From positions 1,980,001 through 2,012,000 of the forward strand of contig FP565575.1 in assembly GCA_000091165.1 (NCBI GenBank): a DNA stretch of 32,000 bases. The letters are read 5' to 3'. This DNA comes from Candidatus Methylomirabilis oxygeniifera. Lineage in GTDB: Bacteria; Methylomirabilota; Methylomirabilia; Methylomirabilales; Methylomirabilaceae. The position numbers and the translations under genes are program-made. Numbering within the stretch: the stretch's first letter is position 1; every line of letters begins with the position of its first letter. The notes below the pieces were generated by a model. It did not search any database and was not told the DNA's origin. It saw only the letters and a list, made by a program, of their open reading frames with translations. Shown piece by piece: positions 9,642 through 18,810 of the stretch.

Positions 9642-10484
9642 CTACCTACCTTCAGCCTTCAGTCTATCTACCTTCAGTGCCTCTTTCAGTCCTAACACAT
9701 CCTGCATATCGTACAGGCCGGGCGGGCGGCCGATGACCCAATGGGCTGCGCGCAACGCGCCATGAGCAAAATTATCCCGACTGTGGGCCCGGTGCGTCAT
9801 CTCAATCCGCTCCCCCATACCCCCGAAGATCACCGTATGATCTCCGACCACATCGCCGGCACGCAGCGCATGGATGGCGATCTCCTCTTTGCCGCGTTCT
9901 CCGACCAATCCCTTCCGGCCATAGATCCCTGTCGCGTCCAGGTCCCGGCCCAGCGCCTCCGCAACTACCTGCGCCATTTTCAATGCAGTCCCGCTGGGAG
10001 CGTCCTTCTTAAACCGATGATGGGTCTCAACGATCTCGACGTCGTACGCCTCTCCAAGCGCAGAGGCCACCTGAGCAAGGACTTTGAACAAGACATTGAC
10101 CCCGATGCTCATATTGGGGGAGAGCACGCACGGAACAGACGAGCCGATTTCCCTGGTCTTATCCAGATCGGCTACGCTGAACCCGGTGGTTCCGACAACA
10201 ACAGGCACCTTCGCCTGGGCGGCGATAGCCAGATGGATCATGGCAGCCTGCGGGGCGGTGAAGTCGATCACCACCTGTGCTTCGCTCACCACCGCACCCA
10301 GATCACCGACAATCGGTATGCCCAGCGTACCGATGCCCGTCACCTCACCGGCATCACGCCCGATGCTTGCACTGTTCGGTTGTTCGACGGCCCCAGCCAG
10401 GATAAAGTCGCTCGCTTCGCGGATCATGGCGATGATTCGTCCGCCCATTCGTCCAGCCGCACCGCAGACAACAGCACGTATCAT
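9642..10484 (-). CDS. dapB: 4-hydroxy-tetrahydrodipicolinate reductase
   Basis: VVCGAAGRMG, VDFTAPQAA, VVGTTGF, ETHHRFKKDAPSGTAL motifs. Confidence 0.97.
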   Translation of the reverse strand: MIRAVVCGAAGRMGGRIIAMIREASDFILAGAVEQPNSASIGRDAGEVTGIGTLGIPIVGDLGAVVSEAQVVIDFTAPQAAMIHLAIAAQAKVPVVVGTTGFSVADLDKTREIGSSVPCVLSPNMSIGVNVLFKVLAQVASALGEAYDVEIVETHHRFKKDAPSGTALKMAQVVAEALGRDLDATGIYGRKGLVGERGKEEIAIHALRAGDVVGDHTVIFGGMGERIEMTHRAHSRDNFAHGALRAAHWVIGRPPGLYDMQDVLGLKEALKVDRLKAEGR

Positions 10485-10500
10485 CGAAGGCCACCGAATA

Positions 10501-10531
10501 AGGCTGAAGGCTGAAGGCTGAAGGCTGAAGG
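10501..10531. repeat. 7-bp tandem repeat (AGGCTGA)x4 + AGG
   Basis: Read directly: aggctgaaggctgaaggctgaaggctgaagg in the dapA-dapB spacer. Confidence 0.97.
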
Positions 10532-10536
10532 AACGC

Positions 10537-11421
10537 TCACGGGATCAGACCGTAGGCCCGCATGGCCGTTTTGAGTCGGTTCAGATTGGGCTCGCTCATC
10601 GGGCAGAGCGGCAGGCGAAGCTCGCCGCTGATCATCCCCAAAATCGCCATGGCGGTCTTCACCGGGATCGGGTTGGTCTCGTAAAACATCGCCTGGCAGA
10701 GCGGGAAGAGCTTCAGGTGTATCTCCCTGGCGCGCTTCCAGTCGCCGCCAAGGAACGCATGAGTCAAGTCGGCCACATCGCGCGGCACGATGTTGGCGAT
10801 CACCGATATCACGCCTCGCCCTCCCACCGCCAGAAGCGGCAGCGTGAGTGTATCATCCCCAGACAGAAACGAGAGCTTGTCCCCGCACAGGACGATGTCA
10901 TGGGTCATCTGTTCCAGGTTGCCGGTCGCCTCCTTCATGCCGACGATATACGGATGATCCGCCAATACCGCCAGCGTCTCCGGCAGCATGTTGATCCCCG
11001 TCCTTCCCGGGATGTTGTAGAGAATCAACGGCAACTCCGCGGCATCGGCAACAGCGCGGCAGTGCGCGATGAGGCCCGACTGGGTCGGCTTGTTGTAATA
11101 GGGGAGGACCAGGAGGGCGCCGTCGGCCCCGGCCTGCCTGGCAAAGCGGGTCAGATCGATCGCTTCATCTGTGCTATTCGACCCGGTCCCGGCGATAACC
11201 GCAACACGCCTGTTCGCCACCTCAACCGTCAGCTCGATGACGCGTCTGTGCTCATCATGGCTGAGGGTCGGGGATTCCCCTGTCGTCCCGCACGGAATCA
11301 GGGCATCGGTGCCGTTGTTGATATGAAACTCTACCAACCCGCGGAGCATCGGCTCGTCGACCCGTCCGCCTTGGAAGGGAGTCACCAACGCCACCATCGA
11401 CCCCTGAAACTTTCTCTTCAT
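10537..11421 (-). CDS. dapA: 4-hydroxy-tetrahydrodipicolinate synthase
   Basis: GSMVALVTPF, PCGTTGESPTLSHDEH, LPLILYNIPGRTG, GMKEATG motifs. Confidence 0.97.
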   Translation of the reverse strand: MKRKFQGSMVALVTPFQGGRVDEPMLRGLVEFHINNGTDALIPCGTTGESPTLSHDEHRRVIELTVEVANRRVAVIAGTGSNSTDEAIDLTRFARQAGADGALLVLPYYNKPTQSGLIAHCRAVADAAELPLILYNIPGRTGINMLPETLAVLADHPYIVGMKEATGNLEQMTHDIVLCGDKLSFLSGDDTLTLPLLAVGGRGVISVIANIVPRDVADLTHAFLGGDWKRAREIHLKLFPLCQAMFYETNPIPVKTAMAILGMISGELRLPLCPMSEPNLNRLKTAMRAYGLIP

Positions 11422-11504
11422 GCCATCTCCAGTCAGCGCAGTCGCAAGTTTTCAGCACTGAGTGTTGAATCAAGCACCGAACACTCAACACTCCACACTC
11501 AAAA

Positions 11505-12329
11505 CTATTCTTTCAGCGCATCCGCCATCAGTTCGCCCTGGTAGACCAGCCGGACCTCCCCCTCGAAAAAGACCTCCTCGTATTCCGGTCCATTCCCGGT
11601 AAGAGACACCGTCAGCATCTCACCGCTCCTGACCTGTACCCGCACCGGGGAAGCGACCAGCCCTAACGTGGCCGCCACCAGCGCCGAGGCGACGGTCCCC
11701 GTCCCGCAAGCCAGCGTCTCGTCCTCGACGCCGCGTTCGTAGGTCCGGATAGCCAGTGTGCGGCCGTCAACGGTCGTTGCAAAATTGACATTGGTCCCAG
11801 CGGGTTGAAAGGCCGGATGAAACCTGATGGTGCGCCCCAGCGTTCGGACCGGGACCGCCTCCAGGTCGGTAGAAAACAGGACGACATGCGGCACCCCTGT
11901 ATTGATACTGTGGACCACATGCGCGGCACCATCCACCTCAATCGATTGGTGGAGGCGGATCCCCTGTGGCCGACTGATCTGCAGCTTGACCTTGGAACCG
12001 TCTACCCACGCTCTGATTATTCCAGCCAGCGTTTCAAAGGCCATGTGGGGTCCTGCGATCCCCAGCATCTCGGCAAACCTGGCCACGCAGCGGCCGCCAT
12101 TACCGCACATCTCCGCCTCGCTGCCGTCTGCGTTCAGGATCCGCATGCGGAAATCCGCTACTGAGGAAGGCTCGACCAGAATCAGGCCGTCGGCTCCAAC
12201 CGATATCCGCCGCCGACAGATCCGTTCGGCTAATGTCCTTGGCTCTATGTCAAGATGGCCATTGCGGTTGTCGATGACGACAAAATCGTTCCCGCTTCCG
12301 CTCATCTTCATAAAGATCAGCTTGTCCAT
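11505..12329 (-). CDS. dapF: Diaminopimelate epimerase
   Basis: MKMSGSGNDFVVIDN, NADGSEAEMCGNGGRCVA, ETLACGTGTVAS motifs. Confidence 0.97.
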   Translation of the reverse strand: MDKLIFMKMSGSGNDFVVIDNRNGHLDIEPRTLAERICRRRISVGADGLILVEPSSVADFRMRILNADGSEAEMCGNGGRCVARFAEMLGIAGPHMAFETLAGIIRAWVDGSKVKLQISRPQGIRLHQSIEVDGAAHVVHSINTGVPHVVLFSTDLEAVPVRTLGRTIRFHPAFQPAGTNVNFATTVDGRTLAIRTYERGVEDETLACGTGTVASALVAATLGLVASPVRVQVRSGEMLTVSLTGNGPEYEEVFFEGEVRLVYQGELMADALKE

Positions 12330-12380
12330 ATCGCTCTCTAACCAGCTATCAGCTCGCAGCTCATAGCCGACAGCTACAAA

Positions 12381-13637
12381 TCAAAGCTCCGGTAGTGCCC
12401 GCTCGCCATGAATCAGATCCTCGTAGCTTTCCCGCTCGCGGATTGTAAACCAGCGATCGCCTTTCACCAGGATCTCCGGCAGCCGCGGTCGGCTATTATA
12501 GCTGGATGACATCGTATAGCCATAGGCGCCGGCGCTCATCACCACCAACAGCTCTCCCGGCTCAGGGGCCGGCATAGACCGGTCCTTGGCCAGAAAATCT
12601 CCCGACTCGCAGACAGGGCCCACCACATCAGCCATCACCTCCTCCCGACCTTTCTGACGCCGCGCGGGGAGGATAGAGTGGAATGAGCCGTACAGACTCG
12701 GACGGACCAAGTCGTTCATCCCGGCATCAACCACGATAAAGTGCTTGGCGGGTGTGCGCTTGTCGTAGAGCACCTTTGTCACCAGGACCCCCGCATTGCC
12801 AACAATCACCCGTCCGGGCTCCAGCACGATGGTGCAGCCCAGATCCTTGATGACTGCAATCATGGCTTCCGCAAAGACCCGTGGCACAGGTGGATCTTCA
12901 TCTTTATAGGTAATTCCAAGTCCGCCACCGACATCCAGGTACTGAATCGCAAAGCCATGCTGCCGAAGCTCGGCGATCAGGCCCGCAACCTTGACCAGGC
13001 TGTCCACAAAGGGCGCAATCTCGGTAATCTGGGACCCGATATGCTGATGGACCCCAACAACATCGATATGGCGCAGTTCCTTAGCGACTCGGTACTCCTC
13101 CATCGCCAGGGAGATGTCGATACCGAACTTACTCTTCTTCAACCCAGTCGAAATATACGGATGTGTTTTAGGATCGACGTCTGGGTTGATCCGCAGCGCC
13201 ACCCTTGCCTTCGTCCCCATGGCCCCGGCCACATCGTTCAACAGGCGGAGTTCCTGGGGGGATTCTACGTTAAACATCAGGATATCAGACTTCAGGGCGA
13301 AGCCCATCTCCTCACGGGTCTTACCCACTCCCGCAAAGACGATCCGGCTGGGTGGAATGCCGGCTCTCATGGCACGATACAACTCCCCGCCAGACACGAC
13401 GTCGGCGCCGCTTCCAAGATCGGCAAAGAGCTTCAAGGTCGCGCCGTTGGAGTTGGCTTTGATCGCAAAACAGACCAAGTGGGGGATATCAGCAAACGCC
13501 TGGTCAAAGGTTTGGAAATGGTGCGTGAGCGTGGCGTGACTATACAGATAGAACGGCGTACCGACCTCCGCGGCGATCCGCTCGATCGGTAGTTCTTCGC
13601 ACATAAGCAGATCGCCGCGATACTGGAAATGATGCAT
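12381..13637 (-). CDS. lysA: Diaminopimelate decarboxylase
   Basis: FCLYSHATL-type start, VCFAIKANSN, HQHIGSQI, GGGLGITY, LEPGR, GPVCESGD, GAYGYTMSSSYNSRPR motifs; start at MHHFQYRG (13637) rather than 13727. Confidence 0.95.
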   Translation of the reverse strand: MHHFQYRGDLLMCEELPIERIAAEVGTPFYLYSHATLTHHFQTFDQAFADIPHLVCFAIKANSNGATLKLFADLGSGADVVSGGELYRAMRAGIPPSRIVFAGVGKTREEMGFALKSDILMFNVESPQELRLLNDVAGAMGTKARVALRINPDVDPKTHPYISTGLKKSKFGIDISLAMEEYRVAKELRHIDVVGVHQHIGSQITEIAPFVDSLVKVAGLIAELRQHGFAIQYLDVGGGLGITYKDEDPPVPRVFAEAMIAVIKDLGCTIVLEPGRVIVGNAGVLVTKVLYDKRTPAKHFIVVDAGMNDLVRPSLYGSFHSILPARRQKGREEVMADVVGPVCESGDFLAKDRSMPAPEPGELLVVMSAGAYGYTMSSSYNSRPRLPEILVKGDRWFTIRERESYEDLIHGERALPEL

Positions 13638-13695
13638 GCAGCACTCTCCTCGTAAGTGGTTGTCTGCCGGATTCTGGCATAGGGGGGGCAAGGAG

Positions 13696-14025
13696 TCAAA
13701 AGGAAAGTGGGAATCTGATGCGGCCATTGGCTACCTTTTCCCACTCAGGCAGGTAGGCGCTCATCAGGCTCTTAAAAAGCTTGCCATGGTTGTGCACGCG
13801 GAGGTGAAGGAGCTCGTGGACGATGACCACCCGCTGAAAGGCGCGATCCTCACTGAGGAGATCTTTACTGAGACAGATGCGTCCGCTGGGCGAGCACGAA
13901 GCCCATTTCTTCGTCATGGACTGGATCTGGACACGTAGAGGCCTCACGCCGATCTTTGAGGCCCATTGGTCTACCTGATTTTTCAGGATCCCGGCTTGGG
14001 TGAAACTCGATTGCTTGGGTCTCAT
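13696..14025 (-). CDS. YgjP/M48-like zinc metallopeptidase domain protein (DUF45-type)
   Basis: KKWASCSPSGRICLSKDLL...VVIVHELLHLRVHNHGKLFKSLM: HELxH with downstream H; start overlaps the hsdR stop by 4 nt. Confidence 0.85.
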   Translation of the reverse strand: MRPKQSSFTQAGILKNQVDQWASKIGVRPLRVQIQSMTKKWASCSPSGRICLSKDLLSEDRAFQRVVIVHELLHLRVHNHGKLFKSLMSAYLPEWEKVANGRIRFPLSF

Positions 14026-16928
14026 GATCTACGCTGAAGCCGAAGGATTTGTTCGGCGAGTTCCACCATACGATCTCTTCCAACCACGGGCAGAAGCACC
14101 TTGTACAGCTCGGCCTTCAGGTGGCGGAGGTGAGCGGTGTTGTACCGGTAGTTCGGAAACCGTCCAACGGCAGCATCGATGAGGGGCGCGACCCTTTCGG
14201 GCTCCGAAGCTCCTGCTTGCTTGAGGACCCAATAGATCGTAAAGGTGTTGAGATCGAATCCCGTCTGCTCGCGTTCCCTGGTTGCCTGGGCATACTCCGC
14301 CAGCAACCTCTCAAGTTGCTTCAGCGCCTCCTGCGTGCTGATCTGTCGATCATCGTACGATTCCAGGACGGCCTCCGCCCGCTCACCGATTGGCACCAGG
14401 TAGGGTTGCTGTTCGCCTTTTTCATTTACGCCCTGGATGAGGCTCCTGCCAAGATTGATGACCTTCGCAGGCCCGGAGCCGTCGGCCTTCCTTAACGCCT
14501 CGAGAGTCTTTTCGTCGATCTTCACCAAAGGCATGGAGGTTGGAAGTGTATACGCCCGAGCCCACTCACGAACCAACGATTCGGTCTTCTTGGCAATCTC
14601 CTCATACAGAACAGGGCCTTGTCTGAAGGCGTTTCGGACGATCTGGTAGAGAACGGAAAGCTTCTTGTAGCTGTCGAGTTGGGGCCGCAAGAATGGGTCC
14701 GGGGAGATGATCTCGTAAAGGGCCTCAATCTCCCTGAAGAATGTGTAGAATCGTTCCCGCCGCTCCCTGTCGGCAAATGCGTCGATGGCCAGCTCGACGG
14801 CCTTGTCGTCAATAGGATCTTCGCAGAACGCGAGATACGGCTGTGCCTCTACGGCTATGAGCGCGGCGAAGCGCTCCTTGAGGACATCGAGGTTTTGGAT
14901 GACGCTGGCGACGGTGTCGGAATCGAAAGCCAGTGCCTTTTCGAGCTTCTCAAAAATTCCGACGAAATCCAGGACAAAGCCGCCCGGCTTCTTAACCCCG
15001 CCCTCATCCTGATATGGCCTGTTGACGCGGGCAATGGCCTGCAGCAGCGTGTGATCCCGCATCGGCTTGTCCAGGTACATGCAGTAGAGGATGGGAGCGT
15101 CGAAGCCGGTCAGGAGCTTTTCGGTTACGATGAGAATCTTCGGAAGTGAGTCCCGTTTGAGGAACGTCTTCCGAATCGCTTTTTCGTCGTCCTTGCTCAG
15201 TCGGTACTGAGCCAGGATATCATCGTCATCGAGAGCGGAAGAGTAGACGACGGTGGAGTAGTCAGGAGGCAGATACCGGTCCAGTGCCCTCTTGTACAGG
15301 GCGCACGCCTCCCGATCGACCCCCACGAGAAAGGCCTTGTAGCCGAGTGGCTCGACGTTCTCACGGAAATGGCGAGCGACATACTGAGCCACCTGCTCAA
15401 CGCGATCGGACGCCTTCAAAAATGCCTTGAGCCTTACGGCCTTATTGAGGATTCGGTTCAGCTCCTCGATATCGCTCACGCCCTCGGCTTCCACCAGGTC
15501 CAGGAACTCTCTTTCGAGCTGCTCCCGCGGCACTCTGATATCGTTTGGCGCCAGGGTGTAATGCAACTCCAGGGTCGTGCCGTCCTCGATCGACTCGGAG
15601 ATGGAATACTTGTCCAGATATCCCTGGGGATCATCCTTGCCAAAGACCTTGAAGGTCCCCTTGCCGTAGGCGATCTTATCGATGGGCGTCCCAGTGAAAC
15701 CGATCATCGTGGCATTCGGCAGGGCGGCGACCAAGTAGTTTCCGAGGTCTCCGCTCATGCTCCGGTGGGCCTCATCCACCAGGATGAAGACATTGTTTCG
15801 GGTACACAAGTCTGCGTCGGCCCGGTCGAATTTGTGAATCATCGAGACGATCAACCCCCGGTAGTCGGCGCGCAACAGCTCGCGCAGGTGCGCCTTGCTC
15901 CGGGCAAGCTCGGCCTTACCGTCACCGAAGACGCTTACGATCCAGCCGGCGAGTTGCCCTTCCAACTCGTTGCGATCGACCAGCATGATGACCGTAGGCT
16001 TCTCAAAGGCCGGATGGCGAAGGATCTGCTCCGCAGCCTTAATCATCGTGAAGGTCTTGCCAGAGCCTTGGGTGTGCCAGACCAGCCCCCGGGTCTTCTC
16101 CGGGTCGAGTACGCGGTCCACTACCTTTTCGACGACGCGAGTCTGGTGCTGGCGGAGGACGATCTTACGCAGCTCATCGTCCCGGGTATAGAAGATAATC
16201 CACTCACCCATGAGCTTGAGAAATCGCTCGCGGCTGAAGAAGCGCTTGACCTTCCTTTCGAAGTCGCCGCGCTCCTCATCCTTCCAGTTGAAGATATCCT
16301 TTCGGTCAAGATTCCAGGTGACGCCATAATAGAAGTCGATGAGATGGGTGACGTTAAAGAGTTGTGGCGCCGTCATCAGTTCGGGGGTCTCCCGGTGGTA
16401 GCGCCGGAGACGGACGATTGCCTCGTCGATACCGGCCGGTCTTCTCGCCCCTTTAGTCTCCACGAGCGCCAGGGGGATGCCGTTGATCACAAACATGACA
16501 TCGGCGCGATTCGTGTGCTGTCCGTTGGTGTATTGCCACTCCTCCGTCACGTGGAAGACATTGTGGGCTGGATGCTCAAAATCGATGAGGATTACGTTGC
16601 GCTGGCGCTTTTCATTCTGAACATACACCGACCGCTCACCCCGAAGCCACGCAAGCATTTCAGCATTGCCTTCGATGGTATTCCGGACGCTCTCGATGCT
16701 GGCGATGACCTGATCGACGTTGTCTATCGTCACGACACCGGGATTGAGGGCGATAAGCTTGTCTCGAAGGGTCGGATAGAGCAGCGTGCCGCTCTCCCCG
16801 CGCCTGAGTGTCAGGGCCTCATCGGGCGACAGATAACCCCACCCGATCTCTACGGCATAGCCGATCATCGGGTCCTGTACCGTAGAGCGTTCGGTTCCGA
16901 GATTAGGAGGCATACCATCTATTCCCAA
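14022..16928 (-). CDS. hsdR: Type I restriction enzyme R subunit
   Basis: 968 aa; N-terminal nuclease NRADVMFVINGIPLALVETKG, Walker [18 protein letters not shown] box VDEAHRS, RVNRPYQDE helicase motifs. Confidence 0.96.
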   Translation of the reverse strand: MGIDGMPPNLGTERSTVQDPMIGYAVEIGWGYLSPDEALTLRRGESGTLLYPTLRDKLIALNPGVVTIDNVDQVIASIESVRNTIEGNAEMLAWLRGERSVYVQNEKRQRNVILIDFEHPAHNVFHVTEEWQYTNGQHTNRADVMFVINGIPLALVETKGARRPAGIDEAIVRLRRYHRETPELMTAPQLFNVTHLIDFYYGVTWNLDRKDIFNWKDEERGDFERKVKRFFSRERFLKLMGEWIIFYTRDDELRKIVLRQHQTRVVEKVVDRVLDPEKTRGLVWHTQGSGKTFTMIKAAEQILRHPAFEKPTVIMLVDRNELEGQLAGWIVSVFGDGKAELARSKAHLRELLRADYRGLIVSMIHKFDRADADLCTRNNVFILVDEAHRSMSGDLGNYLVAALPNATMIGFTGTPIDKIAYGKGTFKVFGKDDPQGYLDKYSISESIEDGTTLELHYTLAPNDIRVPREQLEREFLDLVEAEGVSDIEELNRILNKAVRLKAFLKASDRVEQVAQYVARHFRENVEPLGYKAFLVGVDREACALYKRALDRYLPPDYSTVVYSSALDDDDILAQYRLSKDDEKAIRKTFLKRDSLPKILIVTEKLLTGFDAPILYCMYLDKPMRDHTLLQAIARVNRPYQDEGGVKKPGGFVLDFVGIFEKLEKALAFDSDTVASVIQNLDVLKERFAALIAVEAQPYLAFCEDPIDDKAVELAIDAFADRERRERFYTFFREIEALYEIISPDPFLRPQLDSYKKLSVLYQIVRNAFRQGPVLYEEIAKKTESLVREWARAYTLPTSMPLVKIDEKTLEALRKADGSGPAKVINLGRSLIQGVNEKGEQQPYLVPIGERAEAVLESYDDRQISTQEALKQLERLLAEYAQATREREQTGFDLNTFTIYWVLKQAGASEPERVAPLIDAAVGRFPNYRYNTAHLRHLKAELYKVLLPVVGRDRMVELAEQILRLQRRS

Positions 16929-17027
16929 TTTCCGTCAGAATTGCTTGGGATTTGTTTTTTATCTACAATTCAGTAAGCAAATAAAGACAAGAGAAATCAT
17001 ATTGTTACAACCACGAATTGCTTTTTA

Positions 17028-18686
17028 TCACGTGTTACCTGTGTCTTTTGATGCAATTCCGGGATCTGCGCCTGGATACCAACGGCTAGCCTTGGTGTGA
17101 CCGACATTGTGAATTCGCCCCTCGGATTTAAGTTCTCTGAGTAATGTCTGGACTTGGGCTCTCGACAGTGCCGGCAGGACCTGCATCAACTCCCGGAGTT
17201 GGCTACCCTCTGTCTCATTTTCCTCAATGTGCCTCGCAAGTAGCGTCTTATTCGTTTCGCGATCAAGACCCCGTCTTCGAGTATAGGCGCCTTTCCTACC
17301 CATAAATTGGTGGAACCGCCTTGACAGAAGGTAGCGGGCTCCCTTGCCATGGCCTACGGTCTCAATGACGCCCCGATCCCTTAAGATGGCTAACCGATCT
17401 TTCAATACTGGGGCGATCCGTTGCTCCCTATGAACCAAGTCCAAAACAAGCAGATCTTCGAGTGTAAACGATGCCAAGGTTTCCTTGCCGATCTTCTCAA
17501 GAAATCGTAGAAACACAGGGTCTTGAACATCACCCCGGAGGGTAAGGAACACCTGGTAGTCATCGGTCCCCGAGAAATCAGGTCGAGGTTTGCTTTCCCT
17601 GATGCACTGCCTAAACATTCGGTCGGCTCCTTGACCTGCGCGCTCAACCAGCCCGCACCTGGCAAACACCTCTGCGATTCGGCGGTTCCGGGGAACTTGC
17701 TTTCTTAAGATGTTTTCGGGTGTAACACCAGGCGGGAAACCGCCAGGGCTGATGACCTCCAACTTTCGAGGCAACTGACGGACAAAGACTGACCCTGCTA
17801 GACGATAATCACGATGGCTGACCGCGTTGAGGATTGCCTCGCGAACTACCATCTCATTGAAAGTAGGGATATCCCACACATAAAGACCATCCTGAAAATG
17901 CTGGACTTCATTGCGAAGGTTGATCGTATCCCATAAATCGTCGTTAAAGAGAAAAAAGCCTTGTCGGTACTCTTTACGTTGCTGATAAGGAATTGAGGCC
18001 TCACTGGACCGATACTCGAAGATTACCTCTGACTGTGCCAAGTGCCTACCAATTGCTTGCCTGGTCCCAAGAAGGATCAAGGCGGCATAAGTAACGCTGC
18101 CGTTCACGATCAACTCCGCATCCTTCAAGAGCTGCTCACCTGAAAGTTGCGCAAGAGCCTCATTTCCGGATTTACGGCGCCACATCTCACGGAAGCGTTG
18201 GACAGCCAATGGATCGAGATCAGCAGGCATCGCAGGGGGGCAGAGTTCGGCCGAAAAATCTGGTCCGGCTTCATCGAAAATGCGTTTAAGTTGATCGGGT
18301 GTCATCGGCACCAACGCCTCGCCACCCCGCATCCAGTAGGCGCCCTTGTATTGGATCGGCATGCCAATTGGACGAGGCGGCACTGAAATCACAAGGACCC
18401 GACCATCTGGATGCAATACCTCGTCAATCTCAATGCGCAAATGCAGACGTTCGATAAGCCCCGACTTGGTGCGTTCCAGATGTTCGAACGCGCGACTGCC
18501 GACGATCCGTCTCGGTAGCTTGTTCGTAATACCGAGAACCATCCGGCCGCCGCCTTCGTTAGCCAGCGCGACGCAGTACCTGACCAACTCCTCAAATTCG
18601 TAACTGTTCTTCGCTTCCTTGAACTCAAGGTGCTCGTCTTCCTTGCTGTCCATCCACCTTCGGATCTCGTCTAGACTTACACTCAT
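17028..18686 (-). CDS. AlbA_2 (Schlafen-type) domain protein with GHKL ATPase-like region and C-terminal winged-helix-like region
   Basis: LEFKEAKNSYEFEELVRYCVALANEGGGRMVLGITN (AlbA_2); VREAILNAVSHRDYRLAGSVFV...LEVISPGGFPPGVTPENI...GLVERAGQGADRM (HATPase_c_4 type). Upstream start at 18737 also possible. Confidence 0.88.
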   Translation of the reverse strand: MSVSLDEIRRWMDSKEDEHLEFKEAKNSYEFEELVRYCVALANEGGGRMVLGITNKLPRRIVGSRAFEHLERTKSGLIERLHLRIEIDEVLHPDGRVLVISVPPRPIGMPIQYKGAYWMRGGEALVPMTPDQLKRIFDEAGPDFSAELCPPAMPADLDPLAVQRFREMWRRKSGNEALAQLSGEQLLKDAELIVNGSVTYAALILLGTRQAIGRHLAQSEVIFEYRSSEASIPYQQRKEYRQGFFLFNDDLWDTINLRNEVQHFQDGLYVWDIPTFNEMVVREAILNAVSHRDYRLAGSVFVRQLPRKLEVISPGGFPPGVTPENILRKQVPRNRRIAEVFARCGLVERAGQGADRMFRQCIRESKPRPDFSGTDDYQVFLTLRGDVQDPVFLRFLEKIGKETLASFTLEDLLVLDLVHREQRIAPVLKDRLAILRDRGVIETVGHGKGARYLLSRRFHQFMGRKGAYTRRRGLDRETNKTLLARHIEENETEGSQLRELMQVLPALSRAQVQTLLRELKSEGRIHNVGHTKASRWYPGADPGIASKDTGNT

Positions 18687-18810
18687 GGCTGTATCGCTTC
18701 CGGTGAGAGATAGCCCCACCCGATCCCGACGGCGCACCCGACGAGGGGATCTTGAACGATTGGCCGTTCGGTTCCGAGATTAGGATGCATCACGGCGAAT
18801 TGACCAATCC

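Noticed and set aside
9741-10514. 257-aa plus-strand ORF opposite dapB
   Set aside because: Antisense shadow ORF within the DapB coding region.
12741-13592. 283-aa plus-strand ORF opposite lysA
   Set aside because: Overlaps a strongly supported LysA entirely; no domain recognised.
15369-16976. 535-aa plus-strand ORF opposite hsdR
   Set aside because: Antisense to a well-supported HsdR; composition typical of an antisense shadow frame.
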